The notes: generated from the sequence alone by a model not told the origin. Positions 44,801 through 56,859 are shown, counted from the first letter of the stretch. The stretch: DNA of 64,000 nucleotides from Phoronis australis (GCA_002633005.1 NMRA01000425.1:107523-171522); one strand, 5' to 3'. Numbers and translations are program-made.

Positions 44801-46538
44801 TCGATGTTCTTTTGTTGGTAATGGAAATAGAGTCCTCTCACGGTAAGGTGAAAGACCGATTTTATGAGAGTAAAAAACCTAGTTCGTTTCCTTAACTAAG
44901 GTAAAAGAGTAAAAGATCTCTCATTTTAGCCAGCTAAGCAGGGCGGAATGCAGCTTTAATTGCGAAATTTGGCACTTCAAAGCAACAAATCTGTAAGACT
45001 AGCTTGTTTCTAAACACCGTTGCAGGTTTTCTTCTTGTCTGTGATTTTGTGCCAGCCCACGAAGTTCCATTGGTTTTGAAATCGCATTATTTTCAAACAT
45101 CATCATCATATCAGGTAATTCTGTACTCAACCATGGCGAGTGGTTCACGACATGCAGTGAATAGATTTTTGTCGTCCGGCGTTGCGCAAGAGACGGAGCA
45201 AGCTTATGTAGTCGTACGGAAATAAGTGAAAATTCCAATAATTAAAGACATGAGGTTAGATGGAAGCACGGGGTAAAGATAAGCAGAAATACATCCGTAT
45301 ACACTTATGTAACGTATTTAAGTGTAATTGGAAAGGTAGGCAGGTTTGTTACAAACACAAGGTGACGAGAATGAACCACAAGTTGCAAACAAAGAATGGC
45401 AGTGCACTGTTCATATGTTCATATTTTGTAGACCCTGTGGAACAACCTGCCGCAAACGAGCAAAAAAGGGGGCTAAAGCCCCCTCAGCCCCTCTGTGGTG
45501 CACCACCTATAGACCATGTTTTGCATGGCACTGAAAAAAGTGGGGCTATAGCCCCCCAGTCCCCTATTGTGCGTTGCCCATGTACAACATATTCTTTTAC
45601 TACAACAATCATAAATGTTTCAGTTGCTTGTTAAATAATTTAAGTTTCTTTACTAATGAGATGATGTCTTCTTTGATTCTTAATTCATACGGAACTATGG
45701 ACTAGTTCGACCAGATGGCATTTCACGACCTTGCTTCAATAGTGCTATGTCTTTTTCCTGTTCCGGCTAACTGTAGTGATAACTACTGTCAGCTCGTGAA
45801 GTGAATTCGGCCAATGTAAGTTGATCCTGGTTAATAAAAAGCAAAAACTCAGTTCTCAATTTTGTGCCGAAAATTGCGTATAGTAATTATATTGACCTTG
45901 AATGTTTTTAGTTATTGTTAGAAAAGGAGGTCACTTGATTACACACACCCGGCGGATATTTTCTTTGTATACGAACCGCAAGGATTTTGCATAGGTATCC
46001 AAAAAGAAGAAATGTGATCCTTGGAAACAAATGTTTTTAGTTTGTGCAATGGTGAAATTTCCATTTTAGTGCTCAGGTTTTCAATGCCATTTTCTGAATT
46101 ACTTTGAAAAAAAAACACTTAAGAGATGACAGCTTCACAAGGGCATGTGGGCGTTCCGTAGACGCGAGAACCTCGCGAAAACGCAAGATCCTGCAAGACT
46201 TCACGAAATCTCGTCATGTATTACAGACAAAGTACGTGATCACACTAGCTTCCTTCTCGAGGTTCTTGCTTCTACGGAACTCAGGCCGGGGATACAAATA
46301 AATGGGATTCCAGCCATGAGCGCGAACATCGAAGCAGTAAGAACCACCAGGTCTTGGAAATCTTCCTTAAAACTGCATGTCGCGAGTACGGTGGTAACAG
46401 GTTTCACTTTTTTAACAAAATTTGAACGTTGAGCTTTTTAAAAATAACTCTAATTAGGAATTGAAATACCATAAAAACTTACTGTGGGCATACGTCATTT
46501 TCCCTTGCGACGTCGTCCTCTTCTCTACTGCTCGCCAT
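30917..46538 (-). CDS. CHS: Chitin synthase (metazoan type, GT2), 12 coding exons, ~1506 aa, no myosin motor domain
   Basis: Exons 46538-46483, 43969-43789, 42873-42739, 41523-40463, 40100-39822, 39383-39304, 38352-38250, 36147-35994, 35212-35015, 34855-34720, 33483-33283, 32853-30917. All introns are GT-AG, phases are consistent and the total is 4521 nt. Motifs WDVF, CATMWHE, TPYGG, KIRHRKRWSQ, LDGDVDF, QKFEYAIGHW, CSPGCFSLFR, QYDQGEDRW, QRRRW and SWGTRE are present. Confidence 0.97.
33283..33483 (-). CDS. CHS: Chitin synthase exon 11
   Basis: GPMVWYQKFEYAIGHW...CSPGCFSLFR...VQYDQ. Confidence 0.95.
34050..34419. mobile_element. MITE-like ~50-bp inverted repeats enclosing a tRNA-SINE-like head (~34281-34346)
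   Basis: AGTCTTCATAAACGCC.TGTGTTGGTCA...ACGTGACCTGT vs ACAGGTCACGT...TGACCAACACGTGGCGTGTATGAAGACT. Inside are AGCTCAGTGG and GTTCGAACCC boxes. Confidence 0.6.
34720..34855 (-). CDS. CHS: Chitin synthase exon 10
   Basis: AENTFLLALDGDVDF...VGAACGRIHPIGS. Confidence 0.95.
35015..35212 (-). CDS. CHS: Chitin synthase exon 9
   Basis: VMYMYYLLGFKL. Confidence 0.93.
35610..35805. mobile_element. MITE with TIRs (ATTCACGCAGTCGCC.TTTTAA ... TTAAAATGGCGACTGCGTGGAT)
   Basis: Imperfect inverted arms of ~60 bp in CHS intron 8. Confidence 0.7.
35994..36147 (-). CDS. CHS: Chitin synthase exon 8
   Basis: TPYGGQLTWKLPGG...HLKDKQKIRHRKRWSQ. Confidence 0.95.
36600..36812. repeat. Degenerate (GGT)n microsatellite
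   Basis: Runs of GTG/GGT in CHS intron 7. Confidence 0.85.
36814..37133. repeat. 21-bp minisatellite, ~15 copies (GGTGATATTAGTGATACTAGY)
   Basis: Direct head-to-tail tandem units with no spacers. Confidence 0.95.
37322..37531. repeat. 29-bp minisatellite, ~7 copies (ACTTGATGATTGATACGAGACGGAGGTAC)
   Basis: Direct head-to-tail tandem units with no spacers. Confidence 0.95.
38250..38352 (-). CDS. CHS: Chitin synthase exon 7
   Basis: HIMFDDCMELTDDEEWVPNQFVKSFIQVISEAA. Confidence 0.9.
38859..39262. mobile_element. Harbinger-like MITE, ~400 bp
   Basis: GGGCCCGGTCTCTAATCTTTGTACTCGAAATG vs CATTTCGAGTAAAAAGATTCGAGACTGGGCTC inverted ends. Confidence 0.65.
39304..39383 (-). CDS. CHS: Chitin synthase exon 6
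   Basis: MDADHSARKCAQKGFGFVDPDFYEFE; not in the ORF track. Confidence 0.9.
39822..40100 (-). CDS. CHS: Chitin synthase exon 5
   Basis: LFVTVGYCGVLIEQSLTLNR...KIYACATMWHET. Confidence 0.95.
40463..41523 (-). CDS. CHS: Chitin synthase exon 4 (N-terminal TM region)
   Basis: ETIHTSGLCLLVFDILP, WWENF, ACKLCMQKASFSLPLTL, HIWYP motifs. Confidence 0.95.
42739..42873 (-). CDS. CHS: Chitin synthase exon 3
   Basis: TGLSHNHVTLVIVCVCMPY...KALFGNQPLPT; 45 codons. Confidence 0.85.
43789..43969 (-). CDS. CHS: Chitin synthase exon 2
   Basis: HMWDVFQ...ISKGALLLLTS; donor GTGAGT. Confidence 0.9.
46483..46538 (-). CDS. CHS: Chitin synthase coding exon 1
   Basis: GCAATGG start, MASSREEDDVARENDVCP, donor CA|GTAAGT; phase 2 matches the next exon; in-frame TAG three codons upstream. 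Confidence 0.75.
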
Positions 46539-48789
46539 TGCTGACTACAACGTGCAATGTGTGTTTTGAAACATGATTTCCGCGTTGACTGTAGCAAGAG
46601 ACTCCCTGGTCATGGAAGATTATTGTTTTGCGACCCTTGTATCTTTAACTTCTGCAAAAAAAAATGACAATCGAATAAAAACTAGCAAATAGTAAGACAA
46701 CCTGGAGCTAAACAACAGCTGCATATACAGGCAACCTTACTCAAATGAATCCCCTGCAAAGTTTATTCTTCAGCATGAATAGACGTGTAGGGGGCTGTTT
46801 TGTTGCCCATATATTTCTTACTAAGTCATACATCACGTATACAATCAGCGTCGTACATGTATAGTTGGTTTTCAGACAAAAGACTTGCTAAGGAAATGCA
46901 CATTTTATTTTCGCTCAAGTAGTATCAGCTCATTTCGCATCGGTGATGTGGCGTGAAACCGTCTCTGTGTTATAACGGAAAAGTTTATAACCGTCACAAA
47001 TTTTAGAGAACAATGCTTTACGTTTGCGATACCGATGAAATAGAAATCGTTGCATCTTTTTCTTTTTTTTGACTTGGGACATAGATAGTAAACATTTTCT
47101 GAGAAGTGTGGCCAAGTACAATAATGTCAGACAGTTGAAAATATTCGGTCACAAAGGCAGTGTGTCAAAAATTGTATACTTTTCAATTCTAAGTCCCTGT
47201 GTATTTGAAAATTCGTCCAAAATTAAAGATTTTTCCGTCTTTTGCTTGTGAGGAACAGAGAATGAATTTCCCCAACCAGGAAATAGTATGCTAGCGCTTG
47301 AACTTATGTAGCAAATTTTAGCTTTGCAAATAATTATATTTTCAAACCAATATTCAAAACTTTCGCATTTGTCCGTTCTCGTCTAACGGAAAACTTGTAA
47401 GTAACACATAATCTGGAGGAAAACTCGGCTCTAGTTTGAAACAAAACGGGTCTGTAATATGAATTTTACGGCGTTTATGGAATATTCTGATATTTGGCCC
47501 AGCTAAAAAATCAATATTCTTCATTAGTACATAGCCAAGTGAATCAAGAGCGCGAAGTTTTGCTTTTTAGCGAGGTCCTAGCGTTACTAAACTCAGCCGT
47601 GGGTTCAATACCGCTAGGGTTTACACTGGCTAAAAAGCAAGACTTCGCGAGATTACGTGAGATATTGCTTTGTATTTTAAATGAGAGCACGTAATGTTAG
47701 GTCCGCGAGACAGCTACTGAGTTCTACCCAGGTTAGAGTTCAGTAACGCTAGGACCTACATGTAAGTTAGGACATAGCTAAAATCTAGCTAAAATCACGT
47801 GTTCTCATTTAAAATACACGGCAATGTCTCATGCAACCTCGCGAAGTCCTGATTAATTTATACTGAAATCAAGCCAGCTAGGCTTTGTAAGAACTTGGAG
47901 ATAAAATAGCACTCTCGAATATGACTTGAAGTTATTGAACCTAGCTACTAAATCTTTTTGTCGCTTTAGAAAGATAATCAGGATTTCAGAAACATTTGGG
48001 TTCAAGAAGGTTCAGGCAACATTTAGTAGAATTAGGAGGGATCTTTTTGTTACAAAAGGGTTGTTTACCGTTCTATTACACGTCAAACTTTAGTCTGAAT
48101 TTGACGTGGTCAAGTTTATTTCTAAAACTGTTGTGTGATCAGCCAGTTGAACGAAAAGGATCAAGACAGGGTCCAATTTTCACCGAAAAACGAATAGTTA
48201 TACTTCTTGTTGTCTAGTCACATTGAAAGTGACGAGCTGAAGGGTCAATTGCGTGCACATAAAAGCCCCGTAATAGAGTTGAGAAAGTAGGAAAATAGAG
48301 TTAAAATTCCAACTCTTTTGCTATGCATTACGTACATCTAATACTTAATCGAGTACGACCACACAAGAGCATGACTGAAAGTTAAATTCTACCGACAGAG
48401 GCTGAAAAATATTAGATATTTAAATTAGTAGGTCTGTAAATGTACATTTAAATCTAGTTAAACACGTTTGCAAGGTAAACTTTGCCCGTTTTTGTCAGGA
48501 CTTCACAATGGACTCCATTGTATGATGCGCTTTCATTGTTACGGATATTTCAGGAACTTTGTCACAGATTTCATTCCAGCAATAGTTACACGCAGTCTTT
48601 TATTAACGGCTTTCACCAAATAAATGAGTTGCATTTCGACAACACTGCACGTGAAAACACCACTTGAAAACATTTCCTCGTTCCAATGTAAATACAATGA
48701 CGTTGCGGCTTTTCTGACAATGTTTGCTGTGGATTACATATCAATGCGTCCATTGTCATGTACATTAAAGCACCTATAGATGCAGTCTA

Positions 48790-48982
48790 ATATAGCCTCC
48801 AAAAATTTCCTCGTCCGATCACCTTTTGTTGGCAGTTCCTTGATCTTTATGCTGTATATCGCCTCCAGCAATTTCCTCGTCCGATCACCTTTGTTGGCTG
48901 TTCCTTGATTCTTTATGCTGTCTATCGCCTCCAGCAATTTCCTCGTCCGATCACCTTTGTTGGCTGTTTCTTAATTCTTTAC
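48790..48982. repeat. ~65-bp tandem repeat, 3 copies
   Basis: GCCTCCAGCAATTTCCTCGTCCGATCACCTTTGTTGGC recurs at ~48795, ~48861 and ~48927. Confidence 0.9.
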
Positions 48983-50301
48983 GTCGGTAGTAAGTTATGC
49001 TTTGTGCATATACGTGCTTGTCTGTGACAAGTTTAACTCACATCGTTTCTAATGGACAGTGGGGAATTTTTAATCGAGAAAATTTTGAAAGGGACCAAAA
49101 ACGAATCGAACGATTTCTAGGATTGATTCCAGGAGTAACGTAAATGTAACTGCCCCTGAATACAAAACAACATTAAACTCCATTCGGTTTCATCAAATCA
49201 GTGCGCTCACGCCGTACCCAAAGTTTTATTTACATATTACGATTAGTCGTATAAGACATGGTAATTCTGTCTAATACCGCATTCGTCTGGTCGCATACGG
49301 CTTACCGAAGTGCATAAATAGGTGTTCTGACACTTCTCGAGCTAAAAAGTCGTTTTAGGGAGAATGCGGATCGACTATCGAGATGGCCCGGAACGGGTAG
49401 AAAAAGCGAGGCTAATTATATTGTAACAACTGAAGTGCTACTTGTAGAGCTTGTGCCAAAGGTTGAGTAAAAACAAAATGTGAATGAAACTAACAATAAC
49501 AACAAAGGCAGCAAGACATAATGATCAACCAATCAAGTGCGAGGTACAAATAAAGCTATCACAATTTTAACGTCAGTTCAGTGGCTTGTTTCATCAAAGT
49601 GACTCGAGACTTCGGACATTTGGACTCCACATAACTATTTCAGAAAAAAAACAATTTAAACTCTCTTCAGCAAAAGAATAAATAGACCCATTATTCTTAT
49701 TTACTGCGAGAAATTGTGCAAATTATTTCCAGTCTGTGGTGTTTTAATAACTACTTGACTAAACCTTTATCTGACAATTAAGTGGGAGCGGAAGGCCGAT
49801 TGTTTGTCTTAAGTCCTAAGTCACTCTTCATAACACCGCCACCAGACAGTTTACTAACCATTGTCTCTAAGAAAGTGAACTGTACTACATTTCAAGTTCT
49901 GTAAAGAATGGCCAATTTACCGATAAATACACAAACGCATTCTGCGCCTTCCTACCTGCGCGCAAAATTATAAACATAAAGTAATTGCTGTTCCTATGAA
50001 ACGGGCTGTTTGAGAGTGACGTGTAGGTGGTATGAAAGCGTACACTACGAATACTACAAATATGACTGAGTAAATATGCTAAATAGTGTATAAAAAACGT
50101 GTAGTTAAAATGAATTGAAAAACGATATTATCTCGAGTTTGAGGTCGCGGGTTGAAAACCTAGAAAGCAGGCTGGGTTCTGTATGTTGTCGGACGGTGGC
50201 GGTTCTTGGATGTCGACAACTGCTTCGAACTGATAGAGTTTAGTCACTGGATGATCAGTTTTCCCAGACTGAGTATGGATCTCGGCAGATCGAGCTACTC
50301 C

Positions 50302-50614
50302 CAGGGGCGGATCCAGGATTTTGATTTAGGGGGGCAGGCCAGAGTATTAGCCAGGATTTGCCTGTCAGACATTCGCCCCCCCCCCCGCATGGGTGACGCA
50401 CCATAGGAGGCTGGAGGGGGGGGGCAATAGACCCCACTTTTTCAGTGCTACGCCGCACATGGTCTACAGGCGGTGCACCACAGGGGGCCTGAGGGGGATT
50501 TAGCCTCCCCCACTTTTTCAGTGCTGCGCCGCCCATGCCCCGAACTGCCCAATGGAATCTGAGAAAATGTGCATGAGGGGGCATGGCCCCCTTGCCCCTC
50601 TAAATCCGCCACTG
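50302..50614. mobile_element. hAT-like MITE (CAGGGGCGGATCCAGG ... CTAAATCCGCCACTG) with a nested CATGGG-type MITE (~50388-50537)
   Basis: Terminal IRs. The inner element is related to 28380-28449, ~45460-45582 and 58979-59040. Confidence 0.65.
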
Positions 50615-50829
50615 ATTGCGTCGTGACTGAAACTAAGACGTTCCACTTTTTTGAATTTTCGTACAGCTCGCGAATTGTCGTGAACCAAAACGATGCCTTC
50701 GATACCGGCAGTGGGAGAGACGGGTACGGATCGCGGTAGACGTTGGTGGATCTACCATCAGCTTAAAGGGTTTTGACTTCCGTCTTCCCCGTGTAGTGAA
50801 AAGAATCATTATGCGCGTCGTCATGATTT

Positions 50830-51010
50830 TGGCGCGAAATGGCAAATCTTTGGCACGACCTTATTCATGGTGACTCGCACAAGTAGATCCTCCTTGTCCT
50901 CCGAGTCTATGGTGTAGAGTATGCGATTAAGCACTTGCAGTCTGTCGTAAAATTGTCGGAAGGTCGACTCATGTGTATTGCCCGGCGGGTGGTCCAAAGG
51001 CATATCAATA
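50830..51010 (-). mobile_element. Decayed LINE apurinic-endonuclease-like fragment
   Basis: HPPGNTHESTFRQFYDRLQVLNRILYTIDSEDKEDLL resembles the YRPP...F...L..I..E.K...GDFN region of LINE endonucleases. Confidence 0.4.
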
Positions 51011-51317
51011 CCTTTGCACAAGAAGGGCGTCAACCGAAATCTCAACAGGTAGAGAGGGGTGTCATCCCTTAATACTATTTGTAAACTTTTCACAACTATC
51101 ACGAGTGATTAAGTGGGAAAACATAACGTAATGTTTTCCTAATTAAAGAACTTGGGTTGACCTCCCAGCTGGGTATAGCGACGACTGATAACATTTTTAC
51201 TTTACTTTTCTGACCAAGAGATGCATAACGAAACTGAGGGGAAAGTTCATCGCGCTTACATTGGTTTTAGCAAGTGTTTTGGTTGTGTCGATGCTTTTCG
51301 TCTGTTCTACGTACTAC

Positions 51318-51493
51318 AGAACAAGAATCGGCAAAAAAAACAACAACAATGGATCAACTGAAATTTGAAATTTTCGGATGTAATAACTTCCTTTGTCAAC
51401 AAAAACAGAAATAAAGTAAAATCAAACACAAAATGACAATTGTCAAATTTCAGTTGATCCATTCTTGTTGTTTTATTTACCGATTTATATTCT
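51318..51493. mobile_element. Palindromic MITE-like element
   Basis: AACAACAACAATGGATCAACTGAAATTTGA vs TCAAATTTCAGTTGATCCATTCTTGTTGTT inverted arms. Confidence 0.65.
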
Positions 51494-51999
51494 ACATTTC
51501 ATGAAACAATAGTATCCTTGGGAGGATCTGGATCGCCTTATTTAGTTTCAGATATATTTTCTACGTTACAAAACAAGGGTATCCAAGACAAACTGCTGTC
51601 GATAATGCGCAACATATGTATCGACTATCGAAGCAATATCTTTTTACGGTCTAGTCACAAACCACTCTTTTTCCCCATTACGGGGTTTTCCCGTTGCTCC
51701 CAACTTATTCGATTCTAGAGCTCAACAAGTTGGGAAGTTTACCCCTGTAGCCAATATCTTACATGACTGATTAACTCCATTCTGGCATTCATGGTTGGAG
51801 GGCCAGCTCTCTTTTGTTCGATAATTGCTCTGATTTTCAATAAGATCGTATCTAGCCTGACTGAGCTGTGCTGTTACAAATAAAAGTTAAGTTGTAACGC
51901 ATTTGAACATAAACCAATAGCATTTCTGAAATCCTCGTCAAATAGTGGTCATGTTTAGTTTTTGAATCGCCAAAATCGCCCAACTGAAACCGAAGTTAC

Positions 52000-53200
52000 G
52001 ATAATCTATTCTTTCCGAATGTACCAATTCACTCTGGGTTTGACGATGTTCACACGTGGTCTGTAATAAGCCTCGTAGATAATTGGCCTGTCTGTTGTCA
52101 TAACAGACAAAAGGATGTGCTTGGCAGTTAACAAAGAAGTTAGATGTTATCACACGCTCAGAACCCCCTACGTCTGGTAAAGTCACTGAACAGGAAAACC
52201 CTGTCATGCATGAGCACCAGGTGTCAGGCAAGATTGCGCCCAGAGCCCCTGGCCTTTTCACGTTTGTCAGTAGATTAGTAAACAATATTAAAGAGAGGGG
52301 AGCCAGAAGTATTCACGTCTCAGATGATTAGCTCGTTGTTTTTTGCGGATGATCTAATGCTACTTTTTAACACTGTTAGGGAACTAGGACGAAAAAACAA
52401 CGTACTTGATGAATTTTGTAACAACTGTAACCCCAAAATGAACCTTTAAGAACGAAGGATACTAATACTAGGATATGCATCGTATTCAGACTAAAGTGAG
52501 CCCAATGTAATTGTAGAACTCTAGCAACTCAGCGGCAAGAAGCAGTGAATGTGATTAAAGCTAGTTTTTCTCAGGTAAAATGCTTTCTCCCTCGATTTGC
52601 TTCAAATTATATGACACCGTTATATTACCTGTGTTGCTGAATTACATGCAACTACGGTCTGTAGGGTAGAAACTGAACATGAGTTTTATAAGTGTACTAA
52701 GATTAAATTAGAAGATCTGGAATGTTCCTGCAAGGAAATAATGTAGCAGACAGACGCTGTGTACTAAATATGTGCAAACACCAGTAATTTACTGGACAAG
52801 AATACTGCAAATGGACCTTGCCATATCCCCGGGTCAATGTTATACGTTGTCAAGGCAACAGTGTGAGAGAGGAAGAAAGAACTGGGCCTAAAATGTCTGA
52901 TGTGTGTTGTTCTGAAATGGTTTTGGAGAAATGCGGTTGTTTGGTCAGGGAAACATCGAATTATTTTGATGGAATTCAACCAGACTTCTTGATCGTGGTA
53001 TTCATTAATGGCAAACAGAAACTGTCAACTCATATAGATACCAGTCATACCACAGTATTAGACTGTCTTGGTGTGTGCCCTGTTCCCGAGGACCTCAGCG
53101 CAAACTTCACGAGTTATACCAAGCTGGTACACATACTACTAGACGGTTGTAAATTTTCAAAAACAAGGATGATCACAGCGTATTTAAGCGGCTGGCTCTG
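52000..53200 (+). mobile_element. Decayed LINE reverse-transcriptase remnant
   Basis: PGVRQDCAQSPWPF (~52216; GVRQGC.LSP motif), SLFFADDLMLLFNTVREL...LDEFCN (~52333; FADD motif), FKLYDTVILPVL (~52601); stops and frameshifts. Boundaries approximate. Confidence 0.75.
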
Positions 53201-54935
53201 TATATTTATAAAGCAGTTCAATTACGAGACGACATGGCTAACTGCCTGTAGTGCTGGAGATGCCCATTATATATTAATAAAGATTATTATTATCATTATC
53301 ATTATGAGTATCATTGTCATTGCCATTGCCATAGTCATTGTTACTTTTAATTTCGTGAACATCTAATAGACCTTTCGATTTACTGTAGCAAATGGTAAGC
53401 TTATAAAGAAAACAATTTGCGTAATGCAACTGAACAACGCTAGTTGCTTGGCCGTTTCACCTAGTAAAACGCGTTTTCGGCATATCTGTTCCGGAGATTT
53501 GCTCACTTGTTTGCAACCAGTCCACCAGTTTACAAAATATTTTTGTTTAATACTCAGCAGTACTAGAAGAGCCATCCTTCTAGCATTTTTTATTAATTTT
53601 TTGAGTTATTTGTCGACTGTTGAAGTTAGTTGAACTGTCACTACTTCTGTTTTTTTGAAATGCCGAAGACTAAAGTTGCTAAAATTTAAAAATGAAAAAC
53701 GAATGCAAACGTTCTTTTCATGTGTAGCATGTATCAACAGTTTCGACAATTTACAAGATTAACCTAGGTTTTAGAGCAATTTTTCGAAAAAATACAGTCA
53801 TTTTTGATGTTCCAAAAGCTAAATGTAAAGTTTTGATTAGCCTTCAAAACCGGTTACAGAGGTTTCAGAAAGTATGTGAAAACCTCGTTGATTTAAAGTA
53901 GAGGAACAATAAAAAACACAAAGCGGATCTTTAGGTCATGAGAACGCTCGTACGGAGCGTGACGGAGAGAGGTTGACTGCTCAGTTTTTTTGTAAGCTGT
54001 TATTGAGGTCTTCGTTTTAGTTGGCACCTTACCGCGTCGATTGTTATAAGGCGCCCCTTCTTTTGTAATACCTACAAAGGATTTGTGGGCTCAAAATGTG
54101 TGCGTCTTGGGTGAACAATACACGGTTATTTCCTCGTTGACCTTTTTTGGTTACGGCAAGTTCCAAGCAACTCGTGACAAAATAATTGAAGATAAAGTTG
54201 TTCTTCATATTGTAAAATGAAAAACCTAAGCAGGCACAATAGGTAGTAATGAACATGTTGCCTCAAATATTACCTCAAGCGGCCACTTTCTTTATAATGT
54301 TTTTTTTTTTCATTAATCACGGACATTGGAAGGAATTCACGTATTGCGCCGTATTTCTCCAAAGCACGTCCACGTAGTGGGCTATATAGAAAGCAGAACT
54401 GTCGCCGAATACGCCTACATGTATATTGTGGAAGCGAAAATTTGACTTTTGGTCTTCTTCGTGTAGCTTTTAAAATAAAACCTCGACAGTCTTAGTGATA
54501 TTCTCCAGTTCTACCCAACAGTACATATAGTCCACTCAGAGAAATCAGTTGTCGAGGTCACACAAGTTCTCGGTATCATATTGAGGTTATCATGCATAAA
54601 TCCGAACAAGTGGCTATTTGATGGAAAACAAACATAGCTAAACTTTCTTCAATATTTCCCGACGTTGCGGAGCGGACAGGAATGAAGCGCCAAAGGGTTC
54701 CTAACTGAGTAACTTTCTGAGCGTAAACTGCAAACGTGCTTGCAGAATGATTCAATAGCAACTTAACGCCCTCTGTTGTCTGTTCCAAAACAACAGTTTC
54801 CGGGACCGTGTGTATAGTGTAGCGAGAGACTTAAATCTTTCCAGATCTTGCCTAATCACCCGCGTTTTTCACGATGTTTTTGGTCAATGAGACGTGTCGC
54901 ATACATAAAAATACGCACAAAATGTCCTTTTGTGC

Positions 54936-55188
54936 ATGCGCGTACCCAGCCTTCAATATGGGGAACTCGAATTCCTGACTTTGAGGACCTTTTGGTAACC
55001 GTAAAAGGGGGCGGACTAAAAGAAAAATACGGGAGCACCATTGTAAATTACGCGTTTGCGCATGTTTAATGGACTTATCCCTCATTTTCTCGGACTTTTT
55101 GTCTCTCAGAGGCAGACCTTTTTGCCCACTTCGCCAAATGGGTGGCTCGTTCGAGCCCGGCCTCCAAGCCACCCTGGGTGCGCGCATC
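54936..55188. mobile_element. MITE with TIR CATGCGCGTACCCAG...CTGGGTGCGCGCAT; second truncated copy at ~56406-56628
   Basis: Terminal IR; both copies share CCCAGCCTT.AATATGGGG..CTCGAATT and GGACTTTTTGT.TCTC.GAGGC blocks. Confidence 0.7.
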
Positions 55189-55816
55189 TTATGAGCATAA
55201 ATGAATTTTCAATTGACCCTCTCCCGACATTAGCATAAGGAATGTCCTTGTACCCCCGCTTCTATGTGCTTTGTGTCATGCACCTAACAACAATTGCAAT
55301 GACACACTGACGACTATCTTTCCATTTCTATCAAGCGGTTCTTTGTTGAAATATTTTTAACGGACACAAAATTAAGTAATAGTGTCCGAGTCGGCGATGT
55401 CCACGACTTGAGTTGTTGCATTGTGGCACTCATAAGCAGTGCTATGGTGGTAAAATTAGAGGTAAGTAGTAGGCGCCCAAAGCCCACCGTATCACCAGCT
55501 GAGCACTGAACGTAACGGCCGGTGCGTATGCGCTACGTTCAAATGCCAAAAGGTGGTTGGCTGCGCCAACGCCGCGCCTACGCCCAACAGCACACAGCTC
55601 TTGATGATGAGGAGACTCGATCTTGGTCGAGCCACCTAATGAGGTTACGCCGTCATCGTTGCTTACCTTCGTAGAAAATGTATTTTCCCCGGTGCCGGTT
55701 GAAGTATGTACTCGCTGCAAAACTCCTTTCCCGGCCGTCTTCCCACCTAATGCATATGAAAGTATAGAGGCGCCATCATCGCGCCGGAAGACTAAGCGCA
55801 CGGAATCACCGTGACA

Positions 55817-55890
55817 GTGTGGCTCAGTGGTTTGAGCCCCGGGCTCCCGTTTGTGAGTGGATACCCGGCCTGGTTCGAATCCTGGCTTTA
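55817..55890 (+). mobile_element. tRNA-derived SINE-like head
   Basis: A-box TGGCTCAGTGG and B-box GGTTCGAATCC; no complete cloverleaf. Confidence 0.55.
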
Positions 55891-56859
55891 CTGGCTGACA
55901 ATCGAGCATTGCACATAGGTGTCTCCCACTCCTCTGAGCGCGGTCTTACTAGTGAATGTATGTAAGGGAGTGAATGAGAACCTGTGGATGTAATGCGAAA
56001 GTGGTTTCCGGGGCTGTGCTCATTTTATGGAATTAACGTGGTGCTGCTTCAGAAATTGGCCACCAAATTCTTGACCATAGTATTACAGCCTAGTAAAACA
56101 ATACCGGCTGCTCACGTACTTTCACTTGGAAACGTTTGCCTATTCGTGTAATATGTTCATCAGCGTTCATCACCACCTTCCTGTTTCACCGAATCGAGCT
56201 TTTCAACGTCACAGGACAGATACAGCACTCCAGCAATTTTGGGTCGTCTCAAGTGCGTCTTGTTACGCCCCGTTTATATGCAGCACTTTTACATACTTAA
56301 ATATACACCATACGCAACTCTACACCCGGATGTAAATGTAAATTTGACAACGCGCCATAACTAAGGGCGGGGAATTAAAGCAATATTTGTACTCGCATCC
56401 TATACATGCGTGCACCCAGCCTTAAATATGGGGGCTCGAATTTCTGGCGATGTAGACCTTTACTGACAAAAAAGCGGGAGGACTAAAAAAAACGGGGTAC
56501 CACCTTCACTGTTCATCTGTGCCTTTTCAGTGTACTTTTGTCTCGTTTACTTGGACTTTTTGTTTCTCTGAGGCGTAGGCCTACCTTCTTCCCCAGTTCG
56601 CCAATTGGAGGGGGGGGGCTCGTTCGAGGTAATTAAGTCGGGATCTCGAGATAATTAAGTCGGTATCTCGAGATTCTGGTATGGTTAAAAAAGAAAAGCG
56701 CGATGACATCTTTAGGCCATCCTATTTGAATGATAAACTTGGTATTTCTCAATTACGGCAATCTAGTAGTGGTATCTATGGAAGTCGCAAATCAATAGTA
56801 GTGTGCAAAATATTGTTCCTTAGGTTACATATCATTAGTCGATTATTTTTATTGCCAGT

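Noticed and set aside
52818-53366. 182-aa ORF with a hydrophobic C-terminus
   Set aside because: It overlaps decayed LINE sequence, and the hydrophobic tail comes from an (ATT/ATC)n microsatellite.
55442-55909. 155-aa minus-strand ORF
   Set aside because: Non-ATG start, overlaps a SINE-like head, no recognisable motif or splice support.
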